A stretch of DNA of 64,000 nt. Origin: Lama glama. Lineage: Eukaryota. Under the pieces are notes generated by a model. It had not been told where the DNA came from. It searched no databases and saw only the letters and a list, made by a program, of their open reading frames with translations. Made by a program: the position numbers and the translations under genes. The stretch spans positions 18,042,001-18,106,000 of the forward strand of contig CM052819.1 of the NCBI GenBank assembly GCA_028534125.1, written 5' to 3'. Below, piece after piece: positions 35,831 through 50,200 of this stretch (its first letter is position 1; each line of letters begins with the position of its first letter).

Positions 35831-38800
35831 CTCGCAGAGCCTCTGGCTAAGCTTGCTGTACTTTCAGAGTCCGGCAGAAGCACGGGGAGTAGGGGTCAGT
35901 TCTCCACAGAATCAGGAAAGGTTCGTGGAGGAGATGTCGCCACAACTCAGCACCAGGTAGAAGGTAGCAGAGGAAGAAGAATTAGGGCAAGAGAGGCAGC
36001 CTGAGCTGGGGGTGTTTCGGGAGCAAAGGCTGGAGGGACCTCACAGTGGGTTACCTGTCACGCCCTGGCTTGTGGAGTCATGTGGCTTTCCCACAAGTGT
36101 CATCTGTCCCCCAGTCAGGGGCCAACTTTTGGGACCATGCCATTCCTCTCTGTCCCCCACCTCGTCATTCTGCAGAGCACCCAGTAAATATCAGGTCAAT
36201 GAAAAGAGAGGATGGGACAGAGAACACAGCTGACTGAGAGGAGGTGGCTGAGTAAGTGGGCTGGTATGAGCCCTGGGAGGTGGGGAGGAAGGAGGCAGTT
36301 CAGGGGCAGGCGTGGCCACTAGGACAAAGCAGAAGCCAGTCATGCTAGAGGCAGAGGTGGCTGTTCTGAAGTTCCGGCACCTCTGTCTGGGCTTTACGAT
36401 GAGGCCCACAAGGGCTTCATGGGTCCGGGAGTTCACAGGCTGCCCTTGTGCCAGATTCAGCCTGCCCCTGACCTTGTGGGCTTCCCAGGGCAGCAGAATT
36501 AGCCAATGCAATGTGCTTTCTCTTCATGCTCACTTAAGCCACATTCCAACTGCGCTTACAGCAGGCAAGGGACAGTTAAGATGGAGCGAATGGTGCAGGA
36601 AACAAGGGAAGCACAGGCTGACGCTAGTTGAGAATGTGTTTGACTCTGCTTTGCCCCTTTCCTCTGCAAGGGAGACCCACCTAAGGATTTTACAGGCTCT
36701 GAAAACACAGCAATTTCAGAATGTTTCCTGTAGGAAATCAAAAGGTCTTTTAAAGCATTCTAATGATTTCTTTAATCACCACTCTGCTAATGTGGCTTGA
36801 ATTCTCAGAGTTTCCCTATTGTTTATGGTTGGCAGTGGGGCCACACCCCACCGGGTACGTGAAGTTATTTATGAAATGAGCCATAGGAACCTGAAGGGTT
36901 CACCAAGGGCCTCAGCAAGCCTTTGCTTCCAAAAGCAAGGTCTTCTTTGAACACAGAGATTCTCTCTGTCTTTGATGCAAAATTCCAGAATGATCACAGA
37001 GGGCTTTGTGGTAGAAAACCACTTGAACAGTACATCCCCCAAAGGAGTTTTGCTGGCAAATTTGAAACTGTTTAAATATGTTCATATAGAAGAGGCTTTA
37101 AAATAAGCCTGGCATAAATTTTGTGGGCTGTTATTCTACATAGCTTGGTCCAGAACTATAGATTTTAAGATGCTGTTCTTGGGAATTCTGTCCATGTACT
37201 GAACTGAGCACCCAGAGTGGTGTGGCTTTGCTGGAGTGAGAGGAGTGGGAGGTTGGAAGGGAGCCAGGGCAGCAGGGGCAGGTGCTGGCATGATGGAACG
37301 TTACCTTTTAATACGGCGTGAACCAAAATGGACGTACAGGGACAACTATATACAAACAACAAGATGGACTTCCTATAGAGCAGTTTCTGAAAGGACTCAA
37401 TGTGTGTTAGAGAGCAGCATCTTGGCGGCGATCTGTCCCTGGTTCAATTTAACAGAGAGAATACGTTTCCAGCTCCTCGGTTCAGAATGCTCACCACGCT
37501 CTCACATGCTTAAAAAGCAGACAATTGCAGACTTCTCAGCTTTTGTAAACTGCTTGCTACTCACGCAAATCCTAACTTTTAAAAGCCACATCTTTCAAGT
37601 ACCCTTTATGAACAGGGTGGAGTGAAACAGGATTGGTGAGCCCAGTTGGTAGAGACTAACAGAGGCTTGCTTAGGTGAGGGTCAGGATGGGGCGGCATGT
37701 GGTGTCATGTAAGGAAACTGTGGGTTTGTGGGGCCAGGTCGGGGTGGGGAGCTGGGGATGAAGGACAAGGATTTTCCTACTTCAGTTGGAAGAATGTTCT
37801 CTGATGTTGAGGTCCTTTGATTGTTTCCAGTACTTAAGCATCACCAACTGCCATTTAAGCCATGTAAAGTATGATTAAGGACTCTGGTTATAGCTTTTGG
37901 GGAAGAAAGACATTTTGGAATCCCCTGTAACCCTTTCTGGTTGAACAGACACGTGAAAGCAGGGTGTACAACAAGCCACCCTACAGGTAAACAGAGTAGG
38001 GCAGAGGTGCAGCGGGATGGACAATTACATTTTGAGGCAAGGTTTAGAGTAATTTTATTACCACATGCTTTCCATTTCTGATTTCTCAAAGTCCCCACAA
38101 GGCTCCTGCACTTCTTGCCTGGGTGCTGGCTATAATGCTGAGGTGAGCATCACCTCATCCTTGTTTTAAGGTTTTGAGCATAATAGTGTTTTAAGATGTA
38201 ACCTCATTTGCTGCTTTGTGATGTTTTATCTATTTTAATTACTGTTTTAATGTGCTGGTTGTACCCCGGGAGATGCTTCTGTGAAGGGTACCATTTCAAG
38301 AAGTGAAGAACTAGATAAATAAATCTACAGGTGAGGGATCACATTAGTCAAACCTGTATCTAAATGAGCATTTTTTAAAGTTGCCCCGTGTTGAGTGTTA
38401 ATGAGCAACAGCCTCTCTTTCAAGTGTAAGGACTGAGGTGTGATGTCCAAGGTCAGACATGGAGCACGGGTAGAAGTGAAGTGGAAGGCAACATTCCCAA
38501 GGGCTCTTTTAGTTTCCAATAACTAGAATCCATGCTATCATGTTTAAATTTGATCTTATGTTCTCAGCAAGTCTTTAAAAGTAACAATAGCTCTAATGAA
38601 GGTAAAAGTATATATTTTCCACCTAACTCTAGCAGCAATTGAATTGTAGCTCTCTTGGCCAGGAAACAAATTCTATAGATCCAGTTCTTAACCTGACCCA
38701 TGTCACCCTTAGTCACACACTTGATTGCACTCCTTGGCTTAATAAAGTAGGAAGTGGATGGTTGGCTTGAAGTTTCCTGACCTGAAATAGGTACTGTAAT

Positions 38801-39288
38801 GATATAAATGCCCCTCTACTCCCCTGTGGCCCCTTGGCCAGACCAAGCTTTTAATTTCCATATTTAAGCACGGGCAAGGTCAAAACAATAGATGAAATTT
38901 CATAAAATAGTAGTAGTTACGCCTAAATGTTTTTACTGACTTTCTAAAAACATGTCGGAATCAGCTCCAACTGTGTTTATAAATGAAAAAGGAAATGAAG
39001 TTCAACACCCTCGTCGCAGAATTCCTTGGTCCTGAATTGGCCAGATGCCCAGATTTCCTTTGCGTAAACAGGGTCAAATGTGAGGGCAGCCAATTGTAAA
39101 CTAAGGTTCTGGCCTCCTGGATCGTCATGATCAAAGATGTCAGTGAAGTCGCCACAAAGTCTTGTTACAGCTTCTTAGCATGGAGACAACCCAGGCAGAT
39201 GGAAGCAACCAGCCCAGGAGCCCTTGCAGCAAATGTGGTTCAGGGAGCAAGAAAGAAAACACCTTTATCACCCTCCTTTGCCTCCACC

Positions 39289-39291
<3 letters not shown>

Positions 39292-39321
<30 letters not shown>
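39292..39321. repeat. (CA)n microsatellite
   Basis: Directly visible. Confidence 0.95.
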
Positions 39322-39324
<3 letters not shown>

Positions 39325-40179
39325 GCTTCTACAGACTCCCTCTGTGGAGCTGGTCCTGTGACTTTTTATTACTCTCAGATAGCTTAGAAAAGAGTCTTCT
39401 GGTCACTTGTAATCACAGAAATAGTCTCAGGTAATAAGTATGTTCAGTTGAGTGTAATAATATCAGAATCTGAATTTCATTAGAAGTGAGTTCCCTCCAC
39501 CAGCTTGGACCATTGGACCAGCTGCAAGGGCCCATCTCTCTTTTCATCCTCCTGCTCCTGCTGTTTCTCACCCCACTCCTACTGCTAGCTTGGCTTCTCC
39601 AAGTTTAGGGAATAGGAAAAGGAGGAGAACTAAATAGGCAAGAAAGGTTTCGCTCATCAGTACGACTAAGGCGCCGTTTTTCTCTTTGGCTATGATGGAT
39701 GTTGGAAGCAGACTGGTGTGGACATTTGTGAGGGTTTCTCTGGAAGCCCAGAAAGCTCTCTAACCAGTGGTTTCCTAATGGATTGTTCATTCCACCCACC
39801 CTTCCCTTGGCCCTTGAACATCCAACTGTATAGACCTGGCGTTCTTCTGCTGTGATCTCCTGGCCCGTCCAGGTGACATTCTAGGGCCAGGTCTACGATA
39901 ACGCCACACAATAGGATCAGTGCATTATACTGCACAATCAGTCAATAGGAAACACACTCCTTAAGATATGTTCTTGGCGGAAATGTATCAACTTCCCACA
40001 TTGTGGATCTTACTCTGTTGCAGGCTGCTTCTGCCAGTCCCTGGCCCTTTAGATTCCTCAGGTGAGTCAGGTAGCAGGTCTGACACTGGGCCCCTCAATC
40101 CTCTGGGGACATGCATCAAGCTTATCAGTAGTCTTCCTGGATCCCAGCTCATGGGCTTAAGATGAGGGGATGTCTTATT

Positions 40180-40570
40180 CACATTATCCCTTTCTCATAG
40201 GTGATGGGACTCACAGATTTACTTTGCCCAGTAGAATGTGAGTAGACAAAATACACACCACATTCAAGTGGAAGCTTTTAGAGACTTTCGGAGTTTCAGC
40301 CCTTTCTCTTGTCTTCTGCTATGAGAGAACAGCATGTTCCAGATAAGGCTGCTCCACTAGCTTGGGTCTTAGAACGAGAAAACAGACGGCCCACCTCCAG
40401 CCCAACTACAGCCAAGAGGAGTTAAGCCCAGCTGGGCTGCAGCTAAGTAGAGCCCAGTAGAGTCAAGCAGACGTAGGTGACTCCCAGCCTCTATGTAACT
40501 TGAACAAGAAACATCTTTTTGGAGATCATTGAGATATTTGGGCTATTGTCTTTGCAGCAAAAATTGACCA
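40180..40570. mobile_element. Old MLT1 (H/I/J-like) LTR
   Basis: actttgcccagtagaatgtgagtagac...catgttccagataaggctgctcc...gcagcaaaaattgac. Confidence 0.65.
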
Positions 40571-40574
40571 GCTC

Positions 40575-41370
40575 AGTAGTGACCTGGAGGGCATTAAGAA
40601 AATTGGTGGGAGTGTGTCCTAGAAGCTAAGTGAAGAAGGAGGTGTCATGTAAGAAGGAGGCTCAACTGAGTTAAATGTTGATAGTACAATAAAATAAAAA
40701 GTGAGCCCTGACCATTGGGTTCAGTAACATGAAGAGGAGCATCACAACTGGTATGAGCAGCTTTGGTAGAATGATGAGGGCCACCACATTATCAGAGTAC
40801 GTTCCAGAGAGAGTAAGAGGAGTGAATTTGTAGATATTGTGAGTCGGAAATTCTTTTGAGGGATTTTGTTACAAAGGACGGCAAAGAATGAGGCTATAGC
40901 TGGAGGGGGATGTGCGGGCAAGAAAGGTTTTTTATTTTTATTTTTTTAAGATAAGAGTAATTAAACTAGATTTTTAAATTATTTGGTGAAGGGGCAAATG
41001 ATGGTATGAATGAGAAGAGACAAATGCTGGAGTGATGTCTTCTAATAAGTGAGGGAGGATGAGACTAACATAAAGATTGAAGTATGGGCCTTAATTGGAG
41101 CAAGGTCAATTTGTCCCTCATAATATAACGGAAAGTGGAGTTTAAGGGCATTGATACAAGGAAGTAGGTAGATAAAGGGGAAACTTGTGAAGATTTATCT
41201 TCTGATTGCTTCTGTTTCCTTAGTGAGTTGGGAAGGTCATCAGTGGAAAGAGAAAGCTAGGGCAGGGGTGCAGGGGGCTTGAGGGGAGGAGAGAAGGTAT
41301 GAATGAGCTTGTCTGGCAGAGGGGGGGTGTTAATGAGCTAGGGAACTTTAGGATGGTTGCTGGGCAGCCC
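40575..41370 (-). mobile_element. L2 internal fragment
   Basis: gtgtcctagaagctaagtgaagaagg...gaccattgggttcagtaacatg...tagctggaggggga. Confidence 0.75.
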
Positions 41371-41773
41371 ATGATCCTGCATGCCAAGCATGGTGCTAAA
41401 AGCTAGGAGATAAAGGGACAGGATCCAGACCTTGCCTTCAGGAGTCTTATGGTCTAAGGTAGAGAGATGTCATTCAGATACATAAGTGGGGCAGATGACT
41501 TCTATGAGGTATGGTCTATCGGGAAGGGATGCATCAGGACCATGGTGGGAGAATGAAGTAGGAAAGAACCTATTCTACCTGGGGGCAGATGTTGCTGATG
41601 AGAGAAAGGTTCTCAGAGGGAATGACTGACTCCTCATCCAAGGAATAAAGGGGGACTGGGAGTCGTCTAAGTAACGATGGGGAAAGCCTGTCCTGGTAGA
41701 AAGAAAAGCCTGTACTGAGGTAGTGTGGCATGTTTGCGGGAAATGAAAGTATTTCAATACGGCTGAGATATAG

Positions 41774-41775
<2 letters not shown>

Positions 41776-41811
<36 letters not shown>

Positions 41812-41812
41812 G
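41776..41812. repeat. (TG)n microsatellite
   Basis: Directly visible. Confidence 0.95.
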
Positions 41813-43499
41813 CACGCGCACAGGCCCATATCTGTATGGACTCATATGTACGCATGTTTGGGAGAGGGGTATATGCATGACCAAGCGAGTCCCAGACATG
41901 CATGTGTTGAATACACCATCAGCAACATTCTGCCTTCCCGTCTCCTTATGACGTGCATCACACGCTAGAAACTACCTCCATATCCACCCCCAAACCCCAC
42001 CTATCGCAAATATGCTTGGCAGAAGACAAAATTACAAAGTTATCTTTATAGCAAGCATTAGAAGTTATGGGGCACACTGAACAACTCAATGACAAGTTAA
42101 TTGTAAAATGTAAAGCCAGGCCAGATTTTCATTTCACCTTGGTGTCCTACTGAGTTATACAGACTGAGGGTTTGGCTCAGTGACTGAAAAAAAAAATTTC
42201 TAGTCAAATGTTTGTATTGAGGATTGGAAGCAGAAATATTAAGTAAAACAAACAAAAAAATCAAAACTATACTATCAATATTCATCAGTAGCTTGACAAA
42301 ATACAATTACTACAGCAGTTTCTTTTGTTGCCAACAAAACATTATCCAAAATGATTGCCTCCAAGATTACTTGAAAAAAGGAAACAGCACAAGTAGAAGT
42401 CTGCAAATGCTCTGTGTGACTCCTGTTTAAAACAGTTTCAATTAGCAGTCCCTAATGGTACCCCTCCTAACTTCCTACCAAAACGCTTTTGAAGGCCCAG
42501 AAAAGGCAAACAACTCCAATATCATCAAAAACCTGAAATAACGGACAGGCTAATGTTAGAATCTCATAGGAGTTTTCAATAATTGTAAGGCAGATAGAGC
42601 TATTCTGAGAAGAGCAACCAGCGGCCTATGCCTATCCCTCCCCCACCTCATGGAATGCAGCATCCTTGCCTGTCTGCAAGGCAGCAGAAACACACTTTGT
42701 TCTTAGCCTCACCACCTGCCCCAATTTAGAGAACTTGTATCAATCAAAAAACCTAGAGCAAAAAGTCATAGGGTGGGGTGGAAGGTGGGAGTTGGGGGTG
42801 TTGTATCAGCTACACGAAGGCAGGGACTTTTGTCCCTTCTCTTCTCTGCTTTATCTGGTGGCTGGTATAAAGTAGAAGCTCAATAAATATTCACTGAATG
42901 AATGTGAATGAGAAAAGGAAAGCACTGGGGGCAGAGGTCAACATTTGCATTGGCACACTGCATTCTAGGGGGTATGTATGTCCCACAAGCAAGGTGGTAG
43001 CCAAGGGTGGAGGTAGGGAGATGCCAGGAACAGAGTGTGAATTCAGAGGGCCTGTAGCCTGAGCAATGAGGGCAGCACACTATAAAACTCTACACATATA
43101 GGGCATAGGTTCAGAGATGAGTATCTGCTTGATCCTAGAGCATAGATTATAAATGTTGCAGATTGACTTGCTGGCTATGGCTCCAAGAAGCGAATGTGAT
43201 GAACAACCACATGGGCACTGAGGGGAGCCAGGGGCAATCCACACACTTTCTGTTGGAAAATACCAGGTCTGGAAAGCTGTCTCCATACTAGCAAAGACAA
43301 GAAGAATTGCACAGAATTTATCAAGATATTCTGTAGAATGAAGAAAAAGGAACAGCTTCCTGAGAACCTAGAAGGAATGAGCTTTTGGAATCAGGGCAAA
43401 ATTTCAGAAAACTATTGGACATCCTTAAGAACATGCAATTAACTTGGATTAGAAGAAACAGGTTGGAAAGTCACCAAGGAAAGAACAGATTACATGGCT

Positions 43500-43990
43500 G
43501 GTGCTTAAATTAACTCATCCTTCCTAGAAAGCAGTTTTGCAAAATATATTTTGAGCTTTAGAATATATTCTACCCTTTGATCCCTTAATCTCATTTTTAG
43601 TGATAAAAAAAATCAGAGATACAAATATTTGTATAAATATATTTACGTATGTATGTAATAATTACAGCATCATTTATAATAGTTTAAATAATTTTAGTCT
43701 AATATATTCTAATATCAATTTAAGTAAATAATTTTGGCCTGCTCATATGATTTTGTTATTCAGTCCTTGAAAACATAATTTCAAGGGATAGCAAAATAAA
43801 ATTAGAAAGTTATCATGCTATATTTTTAAAGAAAAAAATAACAGATCTCAATTTTGTCAAAAAAAAATTGATTGCCAAAATAAGTCTATAGAAAAATCTA
43901 CTAGTGTTAGTAATAATCTCTTTGTAAAAGAACTTCAAGTGAATTTTATTCTTTAAAATAATTTTTTAGTTTTCTAATTTTATAAGCATA
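43500..43990 (+). mobile_element. L1ME-type 3' fragment
   Basis: tagaaagcagttttgcaaaatatat...accctttgatcccttaatctcattttta. Confidence 0.65.
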
Positions 43991-45289
43991 TATTAGTTTA
44001 TACTCAGAAATATTAAACACCTGCTTAAATACCTAGTATCGGTTTATGAAAAATAGAACTAAGATTACAGTTTGGAACATTTACATCTTCTCCCCTTTGA
44101 GAATTCCATTGAAATGAAAAGAGTGCTGTACAAAAATGAAAAGATCCATGGTGACAGTAAAATAAAAAAAGAAAAGGGTGGAATTATTTTGATGGCTAGA
44201 TCAGAATAAACTGCAAGCCATGTGGACAAATGCTGCAGGCGGGTAGCTGTTTTCTTTGGCAAAGCCCGGAGAGAGCCACGCAGAAGCGCAGGTGAGGACA
44301 TCCAAGCTGCGGTGGCCCGAGCATGGGTTGAACCAGACCCATTCGAGCATTTTAGCTGGACTTTCCAAACAGAGATAATCATTTGCTTGGTGGGCCCTCC
44401 GGCAGGTGCTGTGACCAAGGAGAGAGATAAGGCGGTTCAAGGGAACATAAGGTGACCCTTGATGTTCACATTGAATCCTGTAGAATGTAAGAACTAAGTA
44501 GCCGTGCCACTGAGAAGTGAGATGCTTTTCAACCTCATCTCCAAATACGGGTGCTACTTCATTACTGGCCAGTCTTACTCTGCTCTGCAAATCTAGCACT
44601 GGGAAGGATGCAACACTCTTCTCATAAAAAAAAAGAGAGAGAGAAGAACATGAGAGCTAATATTCTTCCAAACATTCCTTGTACTGACTACAATGAAGTC
44701 TGCATTAAAGTATATTTTGCCTCTAATGGGCAATTCACTGTCTTAAGCAATTTCTTCAAAGTGACTCTGTGTGATAGAATCTGGCACTTATTTTTAAAAA
44801 CTCCAGTTAAAATCCCATATTTTGGCTATGCAATTGATCCATAGGGTAAATACAAAAATGGGAGTTTTATTGTAGCTCTTTGGAATTTACACAGTAATTT
44901 TTCTTAAATCATTTCATTAAGGTTTAAAATGCATGCTAGCAGGTAAAAGATGATAATAGATTAAAAAATAAGACTTTATTTTCTGAAGAGAAGGACCTCA
45001 GGGAATGAAATGATGTTGATCAAAACACTGAAATCTATTTCAAGCAATACGAGCTCACTGCTCACTTACAACCAAAATGAAATGGAGGAAAGAGGGAATC
45101 CCCACTGTCTGGTACTAATGAAAATGACTTTTCTATATTACTTTCCCTCTGTATTTTAGGATTCCATATTATGAGAACTAAAGGACAGAAGTGGGGCATG
45201 AACATAAAAGAGGAATATGACCATTTTAAGTTTTATTTCTGGGACGAGAAAGACATACCAGGCAATTTGAAGACTCTCTATAATGAAGT

Positions 45290-47150
45290 GGTATACTGCA
45301 CACAGAGCACCAGAAATATACAAAAGACTATATAAAGTTAGAATGCAGGACCTTGATTACAAAAAAAATTATAGTGGGAAATTTAATGTACATCTTTCAG
45401 ACTGATATCTAGTAAAAAATATAGGTAAGGATATAGGAAATCTGAGTAACATAATAAAAAACTCAATTTCTTAAAAATAGAAAATATACTTTTTTCATGT
45501 CCATAGAACATACACCCAAGTCAGTGATGTGTTTGATCACAAAGAAAATCTTATATTTTAAAAGTAGAATCATTACAGATTACATTCTCATAATTTAATA
45601 AATTAGAAATAAGTAATAAAAAGGTAATCAAAAATTGTAATCATTCTGCAAACTAAAAAACTCTCCCTCCAAAAAATTATCAAAGGAAATTGGAACTGAA
45701 TTATCTCAAGTGTAATCACTGAATCAGACAAGGATAATCAGTGGATGCTAAAAACAGGGAGTAAAGAATGTTGGAAACAGAAGATTCACATAGCACTCAA
45801 GTATTGCCCCATAGATTAAAAACTAATTACAAAGGTAAAATCATACTTTTACAATGGAGGTTACCCCTATAACCATATGAATAAACTTAACATCACCAAT
45901 AGTGGGGCAACTCGACCTTATGTGCCTGTTGATATGAAGTACGTGTTAATTTTTATTTTTGAAATACACATCATTAAGCATATAGCATCACCAATGAATA
46001 TTCTTGCCAAAAGTGTTCAACCCGAATTTCAAACCTTGACCTAATTTCTAGTTTACAGGAAATACAGCATAGAGAAGAACATATTAATTGATGCTATGAG
46101 GAAGCAAACAAGTCCAGAATGTGGAATAGTGTGCACAACAACTGACCTGGTTTCTTCTAAAAATCAGTGTCATGGGGAAAAAAAAGGAGAGAAATTGATT
46201 TAAGGATACTAAAAAAAAAAAAAAAAAAAAAAAAAATTGACCAAATGCAATACATAACCTCAACTGGATCATGAATTTAAAAGTGTCTGTACATTATATG
46301 TATTTTTTGCAATAACTGGGGAACTTTGAGTATGTACTGATAAAATTGTTAATTGCTTTTAGTATTTTTAGTATTTTGGTTATCTAAGAGAATGTCCCTA
46401 TTTTTCAAAGATGCATCCTTCGGTATTTCGATAAGAATTGTATGATGTCTGTTTTTACACTTAAATGATTCAATGAAAAATAAAAGAATAAATAACAACA
46501 TATTTAATATATGTAATAAAGATGTATAAATAGAGAAAGGCAAGGAAGCAAAATGGGCAAAATATTAATAGTGGATAAAACTAGGTAAAGGGTGTATGGA
46601 TATGTATTTTACTATTATATTGAACCATGTGAAATTGCCAATACTTGACCATTTTTTGAGTTTAAAAAATGACAATTTTACATTTGAATACACAAATTAT
46701 CATAGGAAGCACATGGAAAGGTGATTAAAGACCTAGCATTAAAATGACTGCAGGAACTAGATAGTTTTACAGTTGACTTCTAACTAGGTTTTAAAGCCCT
46801 GATCATTTCTGTGCTATGCTATTTCAGACCATGAAAGAGTAGACGTCTTTAGCGCATGCTTTGACTATAGCACATCCTTAACATTATCTAAACCTAATAA
46901 AGACAGCTCCCTTTCCCCAAAGGAGAAAAAGAAAACCATAGACTAACCTCAGTTATTATTACAGGTAACAGAATTGCAGGAAAACGCTATCCTGAGACTG
47001 TAAGAATAATTCAGTACCACGATATTTATCAATATATTTCATCACATCAATTAAGTAGAGGAAAAAACTATGTGATTATCTCAATATATGCTGAAAATGC
47101 TATTAAAATGCTTCTGACATTTCTAATAAAAGCTGTGAGTAAAATAGGGT
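45290..47150 (+). mobile_element. Old L1 fragments (ORF2 pieces and an L1MC-like 3' UTR)
   Basis: atagtgggaaatttaat; cattacagattacattctc; aaacttaacatcaccaatagtggggcaa; aaactatgtgattatctcaatatatgctgaaaatgc. Confidence 0.75.
46617..46690. mobile_element. MADE2-like mariner mini-element
   Basis: Inverted ends ttgaaccatgtgaaattgcc...gacaattttacatttgaa. Confidence 0.7.
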
Positions 47151-47259
47151 TATTAATGAGTGCTCAGTTCTGCTCAAAAGACTTTAACATGTATTTTCTT
47201 ATTTAATGTTCACACATTTAATCTTCAGAGATAGATGCTGTTATCCCCATTTTACTCTC

Positions 47260-50200
47260 TAGGCTAGGAATCTAGGAGAGGGAATGCTGAGTCACATAGT
47301 AACTGTATGTTTAACTTTTTTAGAAACTGCTGAAGTGATTTTCAGATTGGCCGTATTGTTTTGCATTCCCACCAGCAACGCATTGTCTCTGAGAATGTAG
47401 CTTGCACTTTCATTCTCTAAACAGTGTCTTTTGCAAAGCAAAATGCATTCATTTTGATGAAGTCTAATTTACCATTTTTTTCTTTTTTACATGATGCTTT
47501 TGGTATAACATTAAAGAATCTTTGCCTAATTCAAGGTCATGAAGATTTTTCTCTTTAGTTTTCATCTAGAAGTTTTCTAGTTTTATATTTTACATTTTGA
47601 TTTATGATCCATTTTGAGTTGAGGTTTGTATAAAGTCTGAGGTTTAATTCAAGGTTTATTTTTTGGCTATGGATATTGTATTGGGTTTCTATTGCAGTGT
47701 AATAGAATCACCACAGTCTTAAAGGCTTAAACATTATCTTTTTATTAGCTCACAGTTCTCTGGGTTGGAAGTCTGGCATGGTGTGACTGGATCTTTTGCT
47801 CAGGGTATCACATTGGCTGAAATCAAGATATGGGCTGGGCTGAATTCTTGTCTGAGGCTCCAGAGTAAAATCTGCTTCCAAGTTCATTTTTTCTTTTTGG
47901 GCAGAATTCCATTCCTTCTGGTTGTAGGCCTAGGGCTCCCTTTTCTTTGTCAGCTGTCAGCTAGGAACACTCTCAGGAACTAGAGGCTGCTTACATTCCT
48001 TGACAAGTGGCCACCCCCATCTTCAAGCAGCAACAGTGCATCAAATCCTCCTTTTGCTCTGAATCTCTGAATTCCTCTTCTATGACCAGCTAGAGAAAAC
48101 TCTCTACTTGTAAAAAGGCTCAAGTCAGCACCTCCCAGGTAATCCCCTTATTTGAAAGTTAATCATGCCATTTAATGTGACCTAACCATGAGAATAAAAA
48201 TTCATCATATTTGCAGTTCCAAGGGTTGTGCAAGGTATGGACACCAAAGTGGAAAGGGATGAGAAATGTTGTGAGGTATTTTAGAATTCTGCCTACCACA
48301 GATACCCAATTGGTCCAATACCATGCGTGGAAAATACTGTCCCTACTCCATTGAATTGCCTTTGTACCTTTGTCAAATCAATTAGCTATATTTGTATGGG
48401 TCTATTTCTGGAATCACTTCTGTTCAATTGATCTATGTGTCTGCCCATTTGCCAATACCACATTGCAGCAGCTTTATAGTAAGTCTTAAAATCAAGCAGT
48501 GTGAGTCTCACAACTTAATTTTTCTTTTTCAGATTTGGTTTAGTTATTCTAGTCCCTTTGCCCTTCTTTCTAAATTAAAAAAAAATCAGTTTGTATCTAC
48601 AAAATATCCAGCTGGAATTCTGATTAGAAGTGCATTCAATTTATGGATCAGTTCATGGGGAATTGATATCTTAACTATATTCAGTCTTTCAATCCATAAA
48701 CAGAGTGTAATTTCTCCATTTATTTAGGTCTTTCTTTATTTCTTTCACTGGCATCTTGTATTTTTCAGTGTACAGATCTTACATGTGGTTTGTTAAATTT
48801 ATTCCTAAATATTTAAAGTTTTTGGAGCTATTGTTAGTGTTTTTGTTTGTATACATGGGATTTTTGAGTGTTGATTTTGTATCTTAGAACCTAGGTAAAC
48901 TCACCCATTATCTCTAGAAGCTTTTTTTTTTTCATTGTAGATTCCTTGGTTCTACATAGGCAGTTATACTGTCTGCAGATTGAGCATTTATATTTCTTCC
49001 TTTTCAATCTGTAAGGATCTTATTGATTTTTCTTGCCTTATTGCTCTGGAGAGGAATACCAGTATAATGTTGAATACAAGTGGTGAGTGGACATCCTTGT
49101 CTCACTCCCAATATTAGGAAAAAACATTCAGTCTTCACCATTAAATATGATGTTAGCTATGGGAGTTTTTTGATGCCCTTTATCAGTTGAAGGATGTTTC
49201 CTTCTAGTCTTAGTTTGCTGAGTTGTTTTTTTTTTTAATCATGCATGAAAATTAATTTTTGTCAAATTGCTTTCATGTCAATTGATATGATCATGTTTTT
49301 CTTTAACCTGTAAATAGATTTCATTGATTGATATTTGAATATTGGACCAGTCTTGCATTCCTGGGATTAATCTCATGTAGTTTCAGTGTTTAGTCTTTTT
49401 GTGTATTGCTGGATTTAATTTGCTAATGTTTTGTTGAGGATTTTTGCATCTAAGCTCATGAAAGATATTAGACTGTAGTTTAACTTTTTTTTGTGACACT
49501 GTTATCTGGCTTTTGTATTTGGGTAATTCTGGTCTCTTAAAATGAGTTAGAAAATGTTCCTTCCTCTTCTGTTTTTTAAAAGAGGTTGTTTAGAATTAGT
49601 ATTATATTTTTTTCAATGAAAAATTTGCCAGTGAAAACATCTGGGTCTATAGTTTTCATTTTTGGAAGGTTTTAAACTATGAATTTGATTTCTTTAGTAG
49701 ATACAGAATTCAGTTTATTTCTTCTTGAATGAATTTTGGCAGTTTGCCAAGGATTGTTACATTTCATCAATTTTGTTGAGTTTATGTAGATAGAGTTGTT
49801 CACAGTATTCTCTAATTATCCTTTTAATGTTTCTAAGGTCTGTCATGAGGTTCCCTTTTAGTTCTTTTTCTTTTTGTCAGCATGACTAGAAATTTATCAA
49901 TGTTATTCATGTTTTCAAAGAACCAGATTTTGGTTATTGACTTGTTTCTATTGTTTTCCCCATTATCAATTCCATTGATTTATATTCAAATCTTTTATTA
50001 TCCTTCCTTTTGCTTGATTTGGATTTAGTTTGATTTCTTATCTTTCTAATCCTGGAAGCTTAGATTGTTAACTTGAGACCTTCCTTGTCTTCTAATGTAA
50101 GCATTTAGTGCTATAAATTTTTTTCTGAGCACTGCTTTAGCTGCATGCCACAAGTTTTGGTAGATTAGATTTTTTCATTTTCCTTTACTTCATGATATTT

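Noticed and set aside
43620-43646. Adjacent AT-rich palindromes (tacaaatatttgta, taaatatattta)
   Set aside because: Expected by chance in AT-rich L1 debris.
47284-47294. Perfect NRF2/MAF element TGCTGAGTCAC
   Set aside because: It lies in an L1 segment whose usual sequence is nearly identical, so it is likely a chance derivative.
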